Source of the DNA: Octopus sinensis
Lineage: Eukaryota
Direction: 5' to 3'
NCBI RefSeq assembly: GCF_006345805.1
Contig: NC_042997.1
Location: 190,712,001 to 190,776,000 of the forward strand
DNA length: 64,000 nucleotides
The translations under genes were made by a program, and so were the position numbers. Positions 1-13,570 of this stretch are shown here, one piece after another (position 1 is the stretch's first letter; each line of letters opens with the position of its first letter). The notes beneath the pieces are model-generated. The model did not search any database and was not told the DNA's origin. It saw only the letters and a list, made by a program, of their open reading frames with translations.

Positions 1-390
1 TTGCTGTTTTATAGGGTCTAATTTCAACCTAGAAAAAAAAATGAAGATAAGATGATAACGAACGATAACATATTGGAAGATTGATAATAGTTTATAAACT
101 GCAATGTTTCCACTAATAGATGATGGTGAAGTCGTGAAGCTAGGAAGTCCGTATTCCAGTCAAGTGGTTTGCTCATGATCCGACCCCATAGCACGACACC
201 TAAGGGAAGTAACTGTTATCTTCGCACAAACTCGACATTGTGAGTAGTACTTGGTGAAGAGAGACTGGCGAACTGGTTTATATGTATTACTTTTTTTTTG
301 TTTTCCAATGTGCATTTTCGCTTATTTTTCTTCTTACTTTCCCCTTACATTTCCACGTGTAGTTTCTATTTTCTTTTTGCAACATATTTC

Positions 391-397
<7 letters not shown>

Positions 398-450
<53 letters not shown>
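398..450. repeat. (TA)n microsatellite
   Basis: Pure TA run. It and the adjacent (CA)n explain ORF-track entries 251..745, 298..618 and 366..656. Confidence 0.95.
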
Positions 451-769
<319 letters not shown>

Positions 770-1998
770 ATATATATGGATCGGTGAGCATGTGAATTTT
801 CAAAGAAAATGAGTATAATATATATAAAATTGTGGGTATATTTTATTAGAAACTGCTGCATCATGTATCGTACATTACATCTGATGTAACCGATATTCAA
901 TCGTCAAAATATTGCCAATTTTCGAAATATCTAAATAAAAATATTCTTAAATACATCAAAATGTGATTATTTATAGAAATTTGAGAGCTGAATTTTTATC
1001 TGCTGATACCACTTCAGATTTCATATGCTGAACACAAAATATGAATCGTGTCAAATGTCAAAGAACATTATATATATAGTTTTTATGTCTTCAGTATTAT
1101 ATGTATAAAATACAAATAAGTAAGGAATGAGGGTGTTCTTAATGAACTTTTATTACTGATAAATTAATATATATTTTTGTTAATTATAGTCATTTTTCAG
1201 TGTGTGGCATTTCCCACGCCTTTCACGAATTCTTCTTCATCACTTTCCCCGTCGAGGCAAGCTGTGAGCATTGCTTCCTGATTTGGAAAGCTGTAGAAAA
1301 TGACATACGTACACAGAAATGCTATGTACAATACATAAAAATAAAATTTCATTTTTACTCTTTTATTATATAGCGAATAACAGCAGTAAATTTTTATTAG
1401 TTACCCCGATAAGAGGGAAAATCAATATGGTTGATGTTCATCTAGGAGCCGGATGAGGAAATATTGGCTACTCGTGAACAGCAGAGGTTTCTAATAATGG
1501 AAGAATTTGTTTGGATAAAACTGTTTGACACAAAATGGATAGCGAGAGGAGAAAAAGGAGATACTTGTGCCGAGTGCACTTGACTAAGTGGATGTGCAGC
1601 TTCTTAACTGAAGGAAATAGAATGTTTGAATAGCAATTTATAATGAAAAAAATAACGGTAAGTGTAACGTGTTGTTGAAAGATATTTTATCAATTAACAA
1701 AGCTATATTCTCATTTGTTTGTATGTGTCGTAGCAATATTATCCAAATCACGTGACCAATGGTCTAATGAGGATGCATTGAAGCATTTTATTTCTATAGA
1801 ATGTTAGAAGCGGTAACCAGGATTGAGGTGTTTCTGGTTCTGAGAATTAAACTAGTCTTTGAGATACTCCAGTAATATATTTTCCTAGTTTATTTTGTCT
1901 CTGTCTTATCTCGTGGTGCGGTATGAACATTTAAGGTGGTTTTCAGAGTCAGGGTTTTGACTGCTATTTCGGCATGCTAGTGTCTCTCAGATACCCTT

Positions 1999-2001
1999 AT
2001 G

Positions 2002-2046
<45 letters not shown>

Positions 2047-2094
2047 TTTCTCATTATATTCAACGTTCTTTTTTTCATGTCCTGTACCCATATA

Positions 2095-2130
<36 letters not shown>

Positions 2131-2201
2131 TGTGTACACATGTGTATGTATATATGCATATATTTATATATTATTTATATTATATATATAATATATATAT
2201 A

Positions 2202-2242
<41 letters not shown>

Positions 2243-3028
2243 TACAATATTGATGTGGGGGATAATCAGAGATTGAGAGAAGTAGCAATTATAGAGAAAC
2301 AAAAGTAATTTTACCGACAAACGTTAACTCGTTTGTAGTCTATGATTTAGAAATTTCAATTGATTAAAATTGCAATTAAAGACGAACATTTTTCGTAGAG
2401 GGAAACAGTTATTGGATTTTAATTTTCTTATGTGGAATTTCCAGAACGTAATTGATTTAACTTTTAGCATGACAGAAGAAAAGTGTTCGATTGTATGACA
2501 AATCTTGAATGAAACCAAATTCATGTGTGACTTGTCTTAGTATGATAAGTGGGTAATTGGATGAGCTTATATATATATGCGTATATTAAAGTATATTTGT
2601 TGGTGTGTGTTTGTGTATTTACATAAAAATATCTACACTTCTCTGTGTGTGTTAGTATAATTCGATTTTGTGTACGTAAATATAAGTTGTGTGAATAAGA
2701 ATTTCTCTCTCTCTCTCTCCCATCCTTCCTCTCCCTGTATATATATTTATGTATTTATATAAACACATATATATTTATACATGTATATACATATATATAC
2801 ATGTACATAACCGCATGCACACTATATATCTACATATATATACATATACACGTATGCATCTATCTATCTGTATCTATCTATATATATGTATATATGTATG
2901 TATATATGTATGTATATATATATGTATATACACACACACACATACACACATATATGCATACGCATAAATACATACATATATGCATACATATATGCATACG
3001 CATATACATACTTATATGCATACACATT

Positions 3029-3068
<40 letters not shown>

Positions 3069-3350
3069 AGTGCATCTGTGTACGCATGTGTGTTTGTGTG
3101 TTTGTGCGTGTGTGTGTGTCTATGCGTGAGCTTGTGAGAAGACAGATATGTTCAAATGAGTGTGTATGTCTGCGCATATGCTAAATATGCGATTGTGGAT
3201 GTTTAGATGTGTGGATTATACGCGCCTACGTGTGTCTCTGTGTATACATTCACATAAATGTCTATATACCATTCAAGGTGCGATTTGTGTATTCATGTGT
3301 GTGTAATGAGTGTATGTGTGTGTATGTGCGCCTAAGTATGTGTGGACTTG
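1999..3350. repeat. Cluster of (TA)n, (TATG)n, (CT)n and (TG)n simple repeats with short unique spacers
   Basis: Seen directly. Source of the Y/I/C/V-rich spurious ORFs. Confidence 0.9.
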
Positions 3351-3640
3351 CTTATATGTACAAGTGAATTGGGGATGATCTAGTGTCAAAGCAAGCAGAT
3401 GAAGATAGCAACTTAATCTGTTAATCCGGCTGTGTGTCGGGATCTACCAGTAAACAGAATAACCAGCTTAAAACCTATTTCCAACAAGCTGCGATTTAAC
3501 TGCTTTCCTCACACACTCGACTTCCTTTATGCTTATCTTATATTGCTTCCTGTAACACCTTACAATCAGGTCTTTTGTTATTATTGGCCTTACTATTGTT
3601 ATTAAATGTTGTTGCTGTTCTTCTTCTTCACCTTCTTCTG

Positions 3641-3677
<37 letters not shown>

Positions 3678-3713
3678 TATTATTATTATTATTACCGTTA
3701 TTATAAATATTAA

Positions 3714-3905
3714 GGCGGTGAACTGGCAAAATCGTTAGCACGACGGGCAAAATGCTTTAGACCATCTTTACGTTCTGAGCTCAAATTCCACCGAGGTCGA
3801 CTTTGCATTTCATCCTTTCCAGGTCGATAAAATAAATACATGTTGAGCATTGGGGTCGATGTAATCGACTCATTCCACTATCTCGAATTTTCTGGCCTTA
3901 TGGCA
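3714..3905 (+). mobile_element. SINE family B, tail variant B1
   Basis: A-box-like tggcaaaatcgttag, B-box-like gagctcaaattcc, core gtcgactttgcatttcatcctttccaggtcgataaa. Preceded by (ATT)n. Confidence 0.85.
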
Positions 3906-3939
3906 AATGAAGAAATGAGTAATAATAATAATAATAAAA

Positions 3940-6120
3940 ACTTAGATAAAACTTAGATATGTTTCGACCAGAGATTGGTCCAGGCCATGTCTAGCTTAAT
4001 AGCACCACCTGATAGGATTATTCGAATCCTGTTTAAGTCAAGTTTTGTTCAAGTAGTGAGTTCTTGTTGGGTGAGTTGTATCCAGTTTTGTTCAAGTAGT
4101 GAGTTCTTGTTGGGTGAGTTGTATCCAATTATGGGTGGCTTATCTGGTATTCTTTGAAGGAATCTATCCAGACTCTGTTTGAAGTTGATGGGATCCTTTT
4201 CCTCTTTGATCTCCCTCGGGACAATGTTAAATAGGGCAGGGCCTGTTGAGGAAAAGAAATTATGTTGCAGTGTACATGTATGTTGTGATCTTGAATTTGG
4301 CAGGGGACGTATAGCCCGTGGTCCAAGTCTCGGATGAACCTGAAGCTAATGTTTAGGTCGTTTGGCACAGTTGGCGGTATATTTTCCACATCGTACAAAT
4401 GATGTACCGCTCACGGCGACGCTGGAGGGAGTAAGTTTCAAGGCTTTAAGGCGATGATCCCAATAATCGAGAGCAGCCATGCCTTCAATTTGTTTAGTAA
4501 GAGCATCTTGGGGTGACTCAATCTGGAGATGTTTTGTCTTGTGTGAGGAGACCACAGTGGGCGTAGTATTCAAGGTGTGGCCGTACAAGGATGAAAAAAG
4601 TGGTATGATGACACCTTGTTCTCTGGACCGAAATTCTTAAGATCCAGGAACTCATCCTACGAGCTGTGTATCGACCTCTTGTTGATGTGTGCACTCCAGC
4701 TGAGATCGTCATCAACAATTACACCCAGGTCTCTGATATGTTAGAGGCTGTGAGCGGTTCCCCTGAAGGAAGATAGTATGGTTGTTTTAGTGAGGAATTT
4801 CTTCCAAAATGCATCAGCTCAAATTTTCCCTCATTCAGTTGCATTTTGTTTCTGTCTGCCCATTGACTCACAGCATATAGGTCAGACTGGAGTTGAGTTC
4901 GGTCTGCTTCTCATTGACGATTTGCTGGAGCTTAGTGTCATCAGCGATATTTTCACTTTGCAGTGATGTACGACACTGGAAAGGTCGTTTACATAAATTA
5001 TGAAGAGTAGCGGACCCAAAACAGTTCCCTGGGGAACACCGCTGGTGACTTTTGCTGGGTTTGAGTGGACTCCATCAACTACAACATGTTGTGTTCTATT
5101 CGCTAGGAAATACTGAATCCAGTGTAGAAACTTTTCCACGGATTCCAACATTTGCCAATTTTGAGAGTAGGATGTTATGGTCTACCCTGTCGAACGCTTA
5201 CTGAAGTCAAGGTATATGACGTCAGAGTTCGAACCTGTTCCCAAGGCTTTGAGTACATCTTCAATGTGGTGTAAAGGGTGTTAGACAGTCCCTGCCACAG
5301 CGAAAGCCATGCTGATTTGAATTTAGGAGTTGTGGGTCTCCAGGAAGTCAGCTATCCTTGATCTTAATACTCTTTCAAACACTTTAATGATGGGGAGGTG
5401 AGTGAGATGGGCGATAGTTGACTGCGAGGGATCTGTTTCCATTGTTGAAACCGGGATGACCGACTGGGATAGAAACTTTTTCGGTATATAACCTGCGTCT
5501 AACGAGTTTCTCCAGAGGTTGGTCAGAGGGACTGCAAGTTGATATCTACATTCCTTCAGGAGACTGGCGGGAAATCTATCAGGGCCTACAGCAGAGTAAT
5601 GTTGACCTCATTTATTGCTGCTACGATGTCGGTGGCAGTGAAGGTTATGTCTGCGATTTTGTGTTGGGAGTCAGCTTCGTTCGTTTCCCTCACATCAATA
5701 TCAGTGGGAACACTGAAGACAGAGCAATATTGTTTCTGCAGTATTTCTGCCATTTCTTTAGCATCGTGTTGGGGGAATAATAATAATAATAATAATAGCC
5801 TACAGCAAATATTCTGCTCAATACCACAGATTTGCTCGTCAGTTGTTTGATCTTAACCAGTTGAGCATATGTGGCTGACGATATGTGCATCTTTGATCTC
5901 GAGCAGAAGTAGTGGGGGAACGTCATAGCCATGTGTTGAGAGGGTTTCTTTGGGGTTTGAATAATTCACCTCTGGAAACATGGGTGTTTCGTCAACATCC
6001 TTAAACAATCCTTATTCAGGGACCTTTTGAGCGGGATGGGTTACTCGACCAGAAGAAAATTCTAACAGGGCCCCACCTGCAAGGTCAAGTGCTTTTTATC
6101 TTGATATGAGATCACCATGT
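3940..6120 (-). mobile_element. 5'-truncated, decayed CR1/Jockey-group LINE (RT and 3' end)
   Basis: Minus-strand peptides FLANRTQHVVVDG, SGVPQGTVLGPLLFIIYVNDL, LVRPHLEY and LDYWDxRLKALKL, broken by frameshifts. 3' end has a hairpin+GAAAC and a short (ATCTAAGTTTT)2 tail. Internal ~41-bp tandem duplication at ~4044-4125. Confidence 0.88.
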
Positions 6121-6134
6121 CGCGTACATATGGT

Positions 6135-6250
6135 TGTGATTCATATGCCTAGTGTACCCATATCAGACGGGTAGTCATGATGGGTATACTGGGTTTCTAT
6201 AGTTTAACCCAGTGTCACTTTGATGGCATGCACTGCTTTCTAACTCAATA
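6135..6250 (+). mobile_element. 3' fragment of a SINE/LINE ending in (AAT)n
   Basis: gggtagtcatgatgggtatactggg...gatggcatgcactgctttctaactc(aat)n. Recognised from memory as a common octopus repeat tail, with no second copy here. Confidence 0.45.
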
Positions 6251-6264
6251 ATAATAATAATAAT

Positions 6265-6582
6265 GTCAGAGATGATTTTAAAAATGCCTTCTAAGCGACG
6301 TATCAGTTCCAACAGGTGACGATGTATCTTTAAAAGAAACGGAGAAACTCTGAAAATGCAAAGATCTGGAAAAGGGGGAAATAGAATTAACCTGAATGTG
6401 GATCCTAAACACTGAAACAGTCCCCATAATAATAGGTGCATTGAGTTTGATTAAAAAACATACAAATAAATATACAGCCAAGACATCAGTACAAACGTAT
6501 ACATATAACATACAGAAAATAGTACTACTAGGCACTGAAAGCAGCCTACATAAAACACTTTCAATAAAGTGAACCTCTTCAA
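6265..6582 (+). mobile_element. R4/Dong-type (RLE-domain) LINE, 3' fragment
   Basis: Decayed translation ..KETEKL*KCKDLE..MWILNTETVPIIIGALSLIKK..YNIQKIVLLGT..LHKTLSIK* fits the RLE C-terminus of R4/Dong. Flanked by (AAT)n and (TAG)n. Confidence 0.75.
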
Positions 6583-6586
6583 CTTT

Positions 6587-6631
<45 letters not shown>

Positions 6632-6738
6632 CGGAAAACGTATATGCAAATAAAAACACATACAAAAACGCACGCATCATTATGTTCATATTCACATCTC
6701 TATACGCTCATACACATACATACGCGGATTGTATGACC

Positions 6739-7135
6739 GATGTCATCATTTATGAAACCACTGTAGACTCTACAACCAGTAAGGACATAGTTTCATCAAA
6801 GAAATATGTGGGTCTCACAGTGGGAAATTTTAAAGCCAGGTTCATCAATCACACTTAAGCTTCAGACACTGGGATAAAAGGAAAACAACCAAGTTATCCA
6901 GTTATATATGGTCCTTAAAAGAAAAAGGTGTCAACTATAAGATTCACTGAAAGATCTTGGCCAAGTGTAAGCCTTACACCAACGGCCGTGGAAAGAGCGG
7001 TCTTTGAGATATGGAAAGTTGGTTTATTTGGAAAAATTCTTTAGACCCCGCTACATGTCTAAATTCAAGAACTGAACTTTTGGGGTCATGTCCACACATG
7101 AGAAAATATTTGCTACGTTTTTGGACCCCACCACC
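6739..7135 (+). mobile_element. Penelope-like element, GIY-YIG endonuclease fragment (decayed)
   Basis: IYETTV..KKYVGLTVGNFKARFINH..TTKLSSYIWSLKEKGVNYKIH*KILAKCKPY..CLNSRTELLGSCPHMRKYLL, with stops and a frameshift. Confidence 0.8.
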
Positions 7136-8161
7136 AAGATCACGGATAGAACCTGCTTTTTATATTATGTCCACGTACAAGCCTTTCATATGTCTTAACA
7201 TCTCTTATATATTTATATATATTTTATTACATTATATATTTTTTCTGTATATTATTTTTCACCTTTTATAATTTTGTAACTATATACGCGTGTAGTATAT
7301 ATCAAATGTGTATGTGCGTGCATATATACATGTGTACGAATGCTTGTATATATACGAGTGCAACACTCTGCCTGTTGTACGGAGGAGTGTGTTTCCATAA
7401 TGAGCCAATTTATCTTAATATTGTAATATTAGAATCATTTAGACACAGATATTTATTTAATTAGATTCAGAAAATAAAATATGTATATGTACTGAGAATA
7501 TTATTGTTAAAAGTACTTTCAGTAAAGAACTATATATATTTTTATTTCGCTATTATTGAGGGAGAGATATATGATAAATTAATAAATGCTATACAAAAGT
7601 ACATACTGTAGTTAAAGATATTTGTGACATCTTTTGCATAAGATGGTTTTTTTAATTCTTTGTGTTGGAAACGATTTTTTTTATTCATACTGGTCATAGC
7701 AAACCTACAGTTTTTTAAGAAACTGTAGCCTACATAATGACTATTTGTTTTCAAGTTGTTATAATAAGTATGATCAATAGGGAAATGCTTACATGGCTTA
7801 CGAAAATGCTATTTAGAAACAAAAATTCACCCATTCACCACATGCTAATGAATATTACTGACGTTCTGCATTTAGTGTCTTCTATTTTTAAATCAACTAC
7901 CTCTTACTGCGTTGTATTTATGAGCTGTGCAGTGTGTATATTTCCACACAGCCACCCTACATGAATTGCACACACAATCAAACCAGTGAAAGTCAGGGTT
8001 GTGGGAAAAACATTTTCTGATGTCTATACTATAATTTACACTGCGAAATTTACACTAGGTTCTCTCCTTCGTAAACAGGAACGTTCTCTAGTCCAAAGGA
8101 GTTCTACAAGCTAATAGTTACATTCTTTATGTATGTTTCGAGAATCACTGTTTCACAGATG

Positions 8162-8208
<47 letters not shown>

Positions 8209-8379
8209 AATATGTATATATATATATATATATATATGTCTGTGACGTCCTGTTTTTGTTGTTATTATTATCATTATTGTTTTTACGTATTTTCGTATTC
8301 TTATTCGTGCTATCATTATTGTTTTTACGTATTTTTGTATTCTTAGTCGTGTAACATCGTCCGTTTTCCCATACTTGTT

Positions 8380-8590
8380 TTGTGTGCATTCGGGGCTTTC
8401 TTCCAAGGAATCTGGTGCGCTTGGCTTGGATTTTCCTTTGGGGCTGGCTGGGTCGGAGCAATCTCAAGATTAATCAGCCGAAATTGCGAGGATGATCCGG
8501 TTCTTGACTGAAAATTGAAGACTTCGAATGTCCCGTCCGTGTTTTTTGTGTCGTCTTCTAGGTGTTTTGCGTTCTTGTCCCAGTTTGTAT
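8380..8590. repeat. Dispersed repeat of unknown class; related copy at ~43510-43615
   Basis: Shared block ctttcttccaaggaatct..ttttcctt..gagcaatctcaag..taatcagccga in both places. Confidence 0.6.
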
Positions 8591-8618
8591 TTTTTTACAT
8601 ATACATGTATATATATAT

Positions 8619-8664
<46 letters not shown>

Positions 8665-9257
8665 CATAAGTGTGTGAGAATGTGCCTTTGTGTATGTGTA
8701 TTTATGTACAATTATACATAAATGCAAACCTATATGTATATTGTTTACAGAATAGCAGGGACACCACAATCACCACCATCTTCCACCAACATCAACAGCA
8801 TTCACGACAACACAAAGCATACAATCAATATACAAGTCAGCCTCTCAATATCGTAAACCGTGTCGCCAATAACAAGTGTATTAGCTGCATGTATTACCTA
8901 TACAAACGCCGTTATTGATACTATAAAGATGAGTGGTTAAAGCCAACATCTTGTATGAGATATATATACATATATACATATGTCCATAATTTGTTGCAGC
9001 TGTCTTCATATTTCATTTCTGTAGATTTGTTTAATTCTTCAATAAATGTGCCGATACGTTATAATTATGGTTAGTTGCATAATTTGTAACCCTCTTTATT
9101 AACACTCGAACCCATAAAGATGTCTGAACATAGTCGCTCGGCCTACTAAAATTAGCTGTCTAACCTCTACGAATTTTGTTAATAAGCCGTTTTGTTAATA
9201 ATACGGCGGTGCATCAGCATGGCCACAGCTCTGAGCTGAAACTAGAGAGAGAAAAAA

Positions 9258-9487
9258 ATAAGCCATTTAAGAAACACACAAAATGCGTTAGATTCACTTC
9301 AACATTTAAATTTAATTTGTCAAAATATTTTCGTCGCTTTGAGATCGCGACCGAATTTAAATGTTGAAGTGAATCTAACGGATTTTGTGTGTTTCTTAAA
9401 GGGCTTATAAACACCTTCCACGCTGCAATTGTTTTCGTTCCAGCACACGATCTCAGATCAGGTCACTTGTTTTGCAAATACATCTCC
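9258..9487. mobile_element. Palindromic MITE, left outer TIR missing; same family as 42940-43133
   Basis: Inverted arms ataagccatttaagaaacacacaaaatgcgttagattcacttcaacatttaaatt / aatttaaatgttgaagtgaatctaacggattttgtgtgtttcttaaagggcttat. Confidence 0.8.
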
Positions 9488-11665
9488 GTAACTCAAAAAA
9501 TTTGCTTTCTTTAAAATGAATTTGTTAAGAAAAATTAGATACGGTAAGTCTGAGATGAGCTATTTTAAAAATACACGATAAACATAGCTAGAATGCCGTC
9601 TTTCTTGTGTCTACTCATTGGAGACTAACCAAAGGGTACGAAGTTACAAAAACGCCTAAAATTTACAACTGTTATAACATGTAGGAACAATATTCCTCCG
9701 TTGACACTTGGGATATTTCATACTTATCACTTCATCATATAATATCACATTGTGCTATAATCATGGTTTCATTTAAAAGATGGGTTAATACTAATCTCAT
9801 TGCCTTTATGATATTTTATAAATTCAACAAATCTTACACGCCATTTTAATATTAGCTTTTGCAGTACAAAGCAATATATCAGATTTAGGTTTGTTACAGT
9901 TAATCAAGTCCTTTCTCGCTACCGATTTTAGTCACTTTCCATCCAACTTTGCCGCCCACTATTCCTGGAGAGGTCGCAGTGGATAGAGTCCTCAGGCGCC
10001 TTGATCTCAGAGCTGTCCCTATCGAACCAATTCACAATATCAAAATAAGAAGTATTTAATGGTCCTGTGCTAGGTTTAAATATTAACCATAAGTCATCTA
10101 GTATGCTTTGCCTCCTATTTTGTCGCGAGGATAAACTATATTGAAAGAAAAGCAGGAAAGCCAATATTATTTTGAAATTATTAGGGTAACAACTTCTCGA
10201 AAAAATGTGAGAATGTGGTTTACTATACCATTAAGAATAAAGCTTCGCCTACTACAGAAGTCCAGTAGTCGTTCAAAATCTCTTTCCTTTTACAAGCTGC
10301 TTGTTGATACTATTCAAATCAAACTGATACTATCTACACTTGCCAGCTGGTTGCTCTACCTTTATAGATAAGGAACCGTTAATTTTAAGACCATTTAAAG
10401 TCAATATTGAGGTTTGCATTTCAGTTAATATTTAGTATTCTGATTTTTTACGTATACATCGATATTGAGATATTTATTTTCTGGTTGGAAAAGAGTGCTG
10501 GTATTCGTGCCTTCCCTGGGGCATTAATAATGTAAGAGAAGTTATTAAAATAGGTGTTTACAACGTACTCCCAATAAGACAAGACAACATTATTCTAGCT
10601 TAAATAGATTTAAAATACACTTCTTTAATTAAATATAATCCTCATAAAAAACGCACCAACTCAATGAAAAAAAATGGTTATTGGTAATTTTAAACAAAAT
10701 GCCACTTAAGACTTTCGCGAGTTTAGTTATAAACTCATTAAAATATCGTGTATCAATAACTTTCTTCAGTTCTGTACCCTCCATTTTTTGTCCTTTGTGA
10801 AGTAAAGTTTTCTCCCTCTTAGCTTTTGAGCGATTTCAGTTTTCAAACTTTTAAATTAAAGTATTTCTGAAGCTATAATTGAACAATTATCGATCGCTTT
10901 TAATCATTTATTTCATTCTATATTCCCCCAGTAAAATAGGTCGAGGGAAGTTTTGTGGAAAAATTATATTAAAACGAAATTAAATCAGAACAATTCATAA
11001 TTTAGCCATTAAAGAAGATCTAAAGACGCTTTACGCTGACTAGTTTGCAGAAGTACTGCTTCTGAAAAAATATATACAATGAATTAATAACTAGAGAAAC
11101 GGGAGAATTTGGTGAACAGAAAGAATTTAAGGGTAAGATTGGTCTTTAAAAGAAGACGACGGTGTCTGTGTGTATGTGTGCCTCTGAAGCTTCCAGGGGA
11201 ATTTAATAAAATTGATAAGTTCATGTCAGATGAGGAGAAGATGACTTTTCCTTAAATATATTAAAAATGGAAATACTACCTGCCATGAGGATATATTTTT
11301 CAGAAATATATTTCTTTTTAAAAAAAGAAATGGGAAAAGCAAATAGTGTAAAAAGAAATATTAAGGCAGAAGGGAGTGTAGATAGCTACATGATAAAAAA
11401 AAAAAAGATACACATATATGCACATTGCCAGAGCAAAAGCAGGTAACGACACAAGGCTTCACAACATAAAAAGGCCATATAAATTAACAAAATTGAAAGC
11501 AGAAGAATGGAATAATATAATGATATGAACTAAGAGAATACAAATGCCATTTTTATTCGTTGTCGAAAATGGGTTTCTTCAGATTCTTAAGAAGAATAGT
11601 TTTGCAAGTAATGTCAATGCGATGGGGTTTCGGTCCCCAGTCATAGCTACGGTATTAAACTCATG

Positions 11666-12083
11666 GAAGTCGGTGAGCTGGCAGAAACGTTAGCACGCCG
11701 GGCGAAATTCGTAGCCGTATTTCGTCTGCCACTACGTTCTGAGTTCAAATTCCGCCGAGGTCGACTTTACCTTTCATCCTTTCGGGGTCGATAAATTAAG
11801 TGCCAGTTACGCACTGGGGTCGATGTAATCGACTTAATCCGTTTGTCTGTCCTTGTTTGTCATCTCTGTGTTTAGCCCCTTGTGGGTAGTAAACAAATAG
11901 GTATTTCGTCTGCCGCTACGTTCTGAGTTCAAATTCCGCCGAGGTCGACTTTGCCTTTCGTCCTTTCGGGGTCGATAAATTAAGTACCAGTTACGCACTG
12001 GGGACGATGTAATCGACTTAATCCGTTTTTCTATCCTTGTTTGTCCCTTCTGTGTTTAGCCCCTTGTGGGTAGTAAAGAAATA
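11666..12083 (+). mobile_element. SINE B2, head + two bodies, 15-bp TSD
   Basis: TSD ggtattaaactcatg at 11651-11665 and 12084-12098. Second body restarts at gtatttcgtctgccgctacg. Confidence 0.9.
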
Positions 12084-12405
12084 GGTATTAAACTCATGAG
12101 TTTAATACGATTGCAAATAGAAACAATTTCATTTATTATCTGTTGTGATTTTGAATTTCTTAACAAGAATTTGCAATAAGTGAGATGTTAACTAAAGCAG
12201 TATTTTTCATTATTGGAATTAATTATTCCCTTCAGTAGATCATCTTTCATATAAAAATAACCCAAGACGTTTATGGTCTGTTCGGGATAAATGGATGAAA
12301 TATTGATACTTTTAAATATTTTCTTTATCTATTTCGCACGAAAAAAGGCGTTGGAAAGCGGAGAATGGTAGTGACAGGATAATTGAGTAACAACATTTGG
12401 TTCGT

Positions 12406-12802
12406 TTACTCTCTTTTTTTCTCTTTCCCCTTTTACTTGTTTCAGTCATTTGACTGTGGTCATGCTGAAGCACAGCCTTTAGTCGAGCATATCGACCCCA
12501 AGACTTATTCTTTATAAGCCTAGTACTTATTCTATCGTTCTCTTTTTGCCGAACCGCTAAGTTACAGGAACGTAAACACACCAGCATTGGTTGTCAAGCG
12601 ATATTGGGGGGACAAATACAAACACACAAACATATATATACGACGGGCTTCTTTCAGTTTCCGTCTACTAAATCCACTCACAAGACTTTGGTCGGCCCGA
12701 GGCTATAGTAGAAGACAGTTGCCCAAGGTGTCACGCAGTGGGACTGAACCCGGAACCATGTGGTTGATAAGCAAGCTACTTACCACCCAGCTACTCCTAC
12801 GC
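12406..12802 (-). mobile_element. SINE family A, full length
   Basis: Head (gcgtaggagtagctgggtggtaag on the minus strand) through tail (cagtcaaatgactgaaacaagtaaaag). Confidence 0.9.
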
Positions 12803-13357
12803 TTGTTTAATGTCGTCCCATAGGATCCTGAGTTGAAATCATATTGGTCACACCTCAAACACTCGCAAGATCTATCAGATCGACTATACTGTTTACCAAT
12901 TTGAGATAATGTACCAAACATAAAAGGCAATTTTTTCAGAAAAGAAGAAAATCAGAAGGTAAAATTAAGGTTCAAGTACCGGACTAAATAATCTTACAGT
13001 ATTACATTTCATCTACCTACAATCTAAATTTTTTATTCTGTAGTCACTGATTTTACTTGTTATATCTCCTGCGACCTCTCGTTGCGTTGGAATAAAAGCA
13101 AAGTGGCTGAGGATTTTGATTTCGATACTTTGAATAAATGTAGATTTTTCACTTTGTATTTTTGAGGAAGCCACTTTATTGTACACAGCCACCGTCCGCC
13201 TAGCTTTGGAACAATACACATCAAATTACATTAACTGACATCTATGCCAAAGAGAAGTAGGGTTGAGCCTTGAGCTTCATACTTTACATTTGGTTGTATC
13301 TATTTTGTTCTTCTGCCACACCTTCGTTTACAATTTCTTAATATGTATTACAGTCGG

Positions 13358-13570
13358 GGCGGCAAGCTGGCAGAATCGTTAGCACGCCTACCAAAATGCT
13401 TAGCGGCATTTCATCCATCTTTACGTTCTGAGTTCAAATTCCACTATGATCGACTTTGCCTTTCATCCTTTCGCAGTCTGTAAAATAAGTACCAGTTGAA
13501 TACTGGGGTCGATGTGATCGGCTTACTTCCTTCACCGAACTTACTGGCTTTTTGCCAAAATGTGAAACCA
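13358..13570 (+). mobile_element. SINE B1
   Basis: ggcggcaagctggcagaatcgttagcacg..gagttcaaattcc..gccaaaatgtgaaacc. Confidence 0.85.

Noticed and set aside
9900-10560. Moderately GC-rich region with open frames on both strands (e.g. ORF 9928..10164)
   Set aside because: No recognisable motif and conflicting strand assignments. It may be an ancient TE remnant.
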